A stretch of DNA of 64,000 nucleotides from a virus, in IMG/VR virus record IMGVR_UViG_3300029566_000004; one strand, given 5' to 3'. The position numbers and the translations under genes are program-made. Positions within the stretch are counted from its first letter, which is position 1. Each line of letters opens with the position of its first letter. The notes under the pieces were generated by a model. The model saw nothing but the letters and a program-made list of their open reading frames with translations, had not been told where the DNA came from and made no database searches. This document shows, one piece after another, positions 62,724 through 64,000 of the stretch.

Positions 62724-64000
62724 ATGACATATACTTATGCAAATGCTCCCGTTCTTTCTAAAATTAAAATCGGTGATAATTATTATTATATGAAAGATGC
62801 CGATGTACGGGCAATACTTGATACGTTTAATAATGCGATCGTAACTGGTACTATTGCCGCAAACGCAAGCGATGGTAATACTACAGATTTAGTTACTTTA
62901 GGTGTTGTTAAAGATTATGTTAACGCACAAGTTGGTACTATTAATAAGTTTGACGTCGAAGTTGCAAATCCTGATAAAATTTTAACTACTCCTACCGCTG
63001 ATGATATGTATATTCTTTATTTAGTTCCATCAGAGAATGCTGCTGCTGGTAGTTATGTTGAATATATTGTATTACGTTCCGGTACTGAAGGCAATTATAC
63101 TTATGCTTGGGAGCAGATTGGCAATACAACTATTGACTTAACAGGTTATCTCTCTACTGATGCAACTGTTGCTGGCGTTAAATTCACTAATGGTAATGTT
63201 TCAGCCACAGCCTTAAAAACTGCATTAGACCTTGATAGCCTTGGCGCTTTTGCAAAAGCGGATACTGGTACTGCTACTGTTGTAAATGGTGTTGAGGATC
63301 ATTCGTATCAACCTGCTGGTAATGTATCAGTAGTTCCTGGTTCTACTACTGCAACTGTTACATCTACTGGTACATATACTCCTGCTGGTAATATAACGGG
63401 TAGTGTTGTAGCTAGTGGTAATGTTTCAGCTGCTAAGAATAATGAAAGTGGCGCATTCCAGCTTAGTGGCTCTGTCGCTGCTCCAACAATTAGTGTTGTT
63501 CTTTCAAACGATAATTTTGTTAAGACTGCTGATGCTGGTTCATTACCTTCTTTCACAGAGGGTGCTTTTACAGCTGCAACATTAACTTACTCTAATAGTA
63601 ATTTTGCTACTAATGGTTCTATTGCTTCAATTGGTAGTGGTGAAGATGCTGAAACCTTAATCTTCACTGCGGCAAGCACCGGTTCTGCAAGTAATATTAC
63701 CGCATTTAATGGTGGTTCTAAGGCTGCTGACACTTTTAGCGCAGGCGCGCTTCCCACTTTCACAACAGGCAGTGCTGCGATTGGTGTTACTAGTGCTACC
63801 GCAACCGCTCCATCCTTTACCGGAGATAAATTTGACTTTACGTTTATTGGCACAGCTGCTACTGTTTCTGCCAACTTTGAAGGCACAGCAGCTACTATTA
63901 ACGTAAGTGGTAATTATGACAAGACTACGATTGAAAGTGCGTCCTTTACTGGTACCACTGCAACTCTGTCTCATAATGTCACTACTGGTACAGTTACTGT
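62724..64000 (+). CDS. Repetitive tail fibre protein, 3' end outside window
   Basis: AAGGAGG-N8-ATG 62724. Frame open to the window edge (over 425 codons), so it is absent from the track. Thr/Ala/Gly-rich with repeated (S/A)LP(S/T)FT.G and Y.PAGN units. Confidence 0.7.
   Translation, partial: MTYTYANAPVLSKIKIGDNYYYMKDADVRAILDTFNNAIVTGTIAANASDGNTTDLVTLGVVKDYVNAQVGTINKFDVEVANPDKILTTPTADDMYILYLVPSENAAAGSYVEYIVLRSGTEGNYTYAWEQIGNTTIDLTGYLSTDATVAGVKFTNGNVSATALKTALDLDSLGAFAKADTGTATVVNGVEDHSYQPAGNVSVVPGSTTATVTSTGTYTPAGNITGSVVASGNVSAAKNNESGAFQLSGSVAAPTISVVLSNDNFVKTADAGSLPSFTEGAFTAATLTYSNSNFATNGSIASIGSGEDAETLIFTAASTGSASNITAFNGGSKAADTFSAGALPTFTTGSAAIGVTSATATAPSFTGDKFDFTFIGTAATVSANFEGTAATINVSGNYDKTTIESASFTGTTATLSHNVTTGTVT

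Noticed and set aside
63308-63974. Three minus-strand ORFs and one + strand ORF at 63.3-64.0 kb
   Set aside because: They are shadows of the Thr/Ala/Gly-rich repetitive fibre gene 62724..64000, which is open in its own frame and has an SD.

Overview
AT-rich 64-kb window from a tailed dsDNA phage. Strong AGGAGG-type Shine-Dalgarno sites and canonical TTGACA-N17-TATAAT promoters suggest a Firmicutes-type host. Layout: (i) 1-17,962, + strand, eight tightly packed virion, baseplate and tail-fibre genes. (ii) 18,011-19,481, - strand, two membrane (lysis-like) genes and a RuvC-like resolvase, convergent on a bidirectional terminator. (iii) 19,478-61,613, - strand, a 42-kb early/middle block. It encodes dUTPase, class II RNR, dNMP kinase, DnaE-type polymerase, SF1 helicase, RecJ-like nuclease, primase, DnaB-like helicase, AAA_24 ATPase, an SSB-like protein, a ThyX-like protein, NAD ligase, type II topoisomerase A and B subunits, RNase H, a PhoH-like ATPase, an RNA-repair-like cassette, a DEDDh exonuclease and a sigma factor. 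(iv) 61,755-64,000, + strand, more fibre genes. Main observations. (1) TAG is used as a sense codon, probably Gln. I counted 83 in-frame TAG and no in-frame TAA/TGA in about 5,900 late + strand codons, and 9 TAG in the 157-codon RuvC-like gene. About 10,000 codons of core replication genes have none, and a few early-block genes have 1-3. The six-frame track therefore fragments most late genes. (2) Five group I introns, with recognisable R/S core elements, split four genes: nrdJ (two), dnaB-like, thyX-like and phoH-like. Four carry GIY-YIG or LAGLIDADG homing endonuclease genes, three of which contain in-frame TAG. One carries a non-nuclease ORF. (3) A repeated terminator-plus-promoter module organises the early block. 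No tRNA, rRNA, CRISPR array or release-factor gene was seen. Coordinates were checked against the ORF track by frame arithmetic. Intron junctions are inferred from protein-motif continuity plus the U / omega-G rule and may be off by a few nt.
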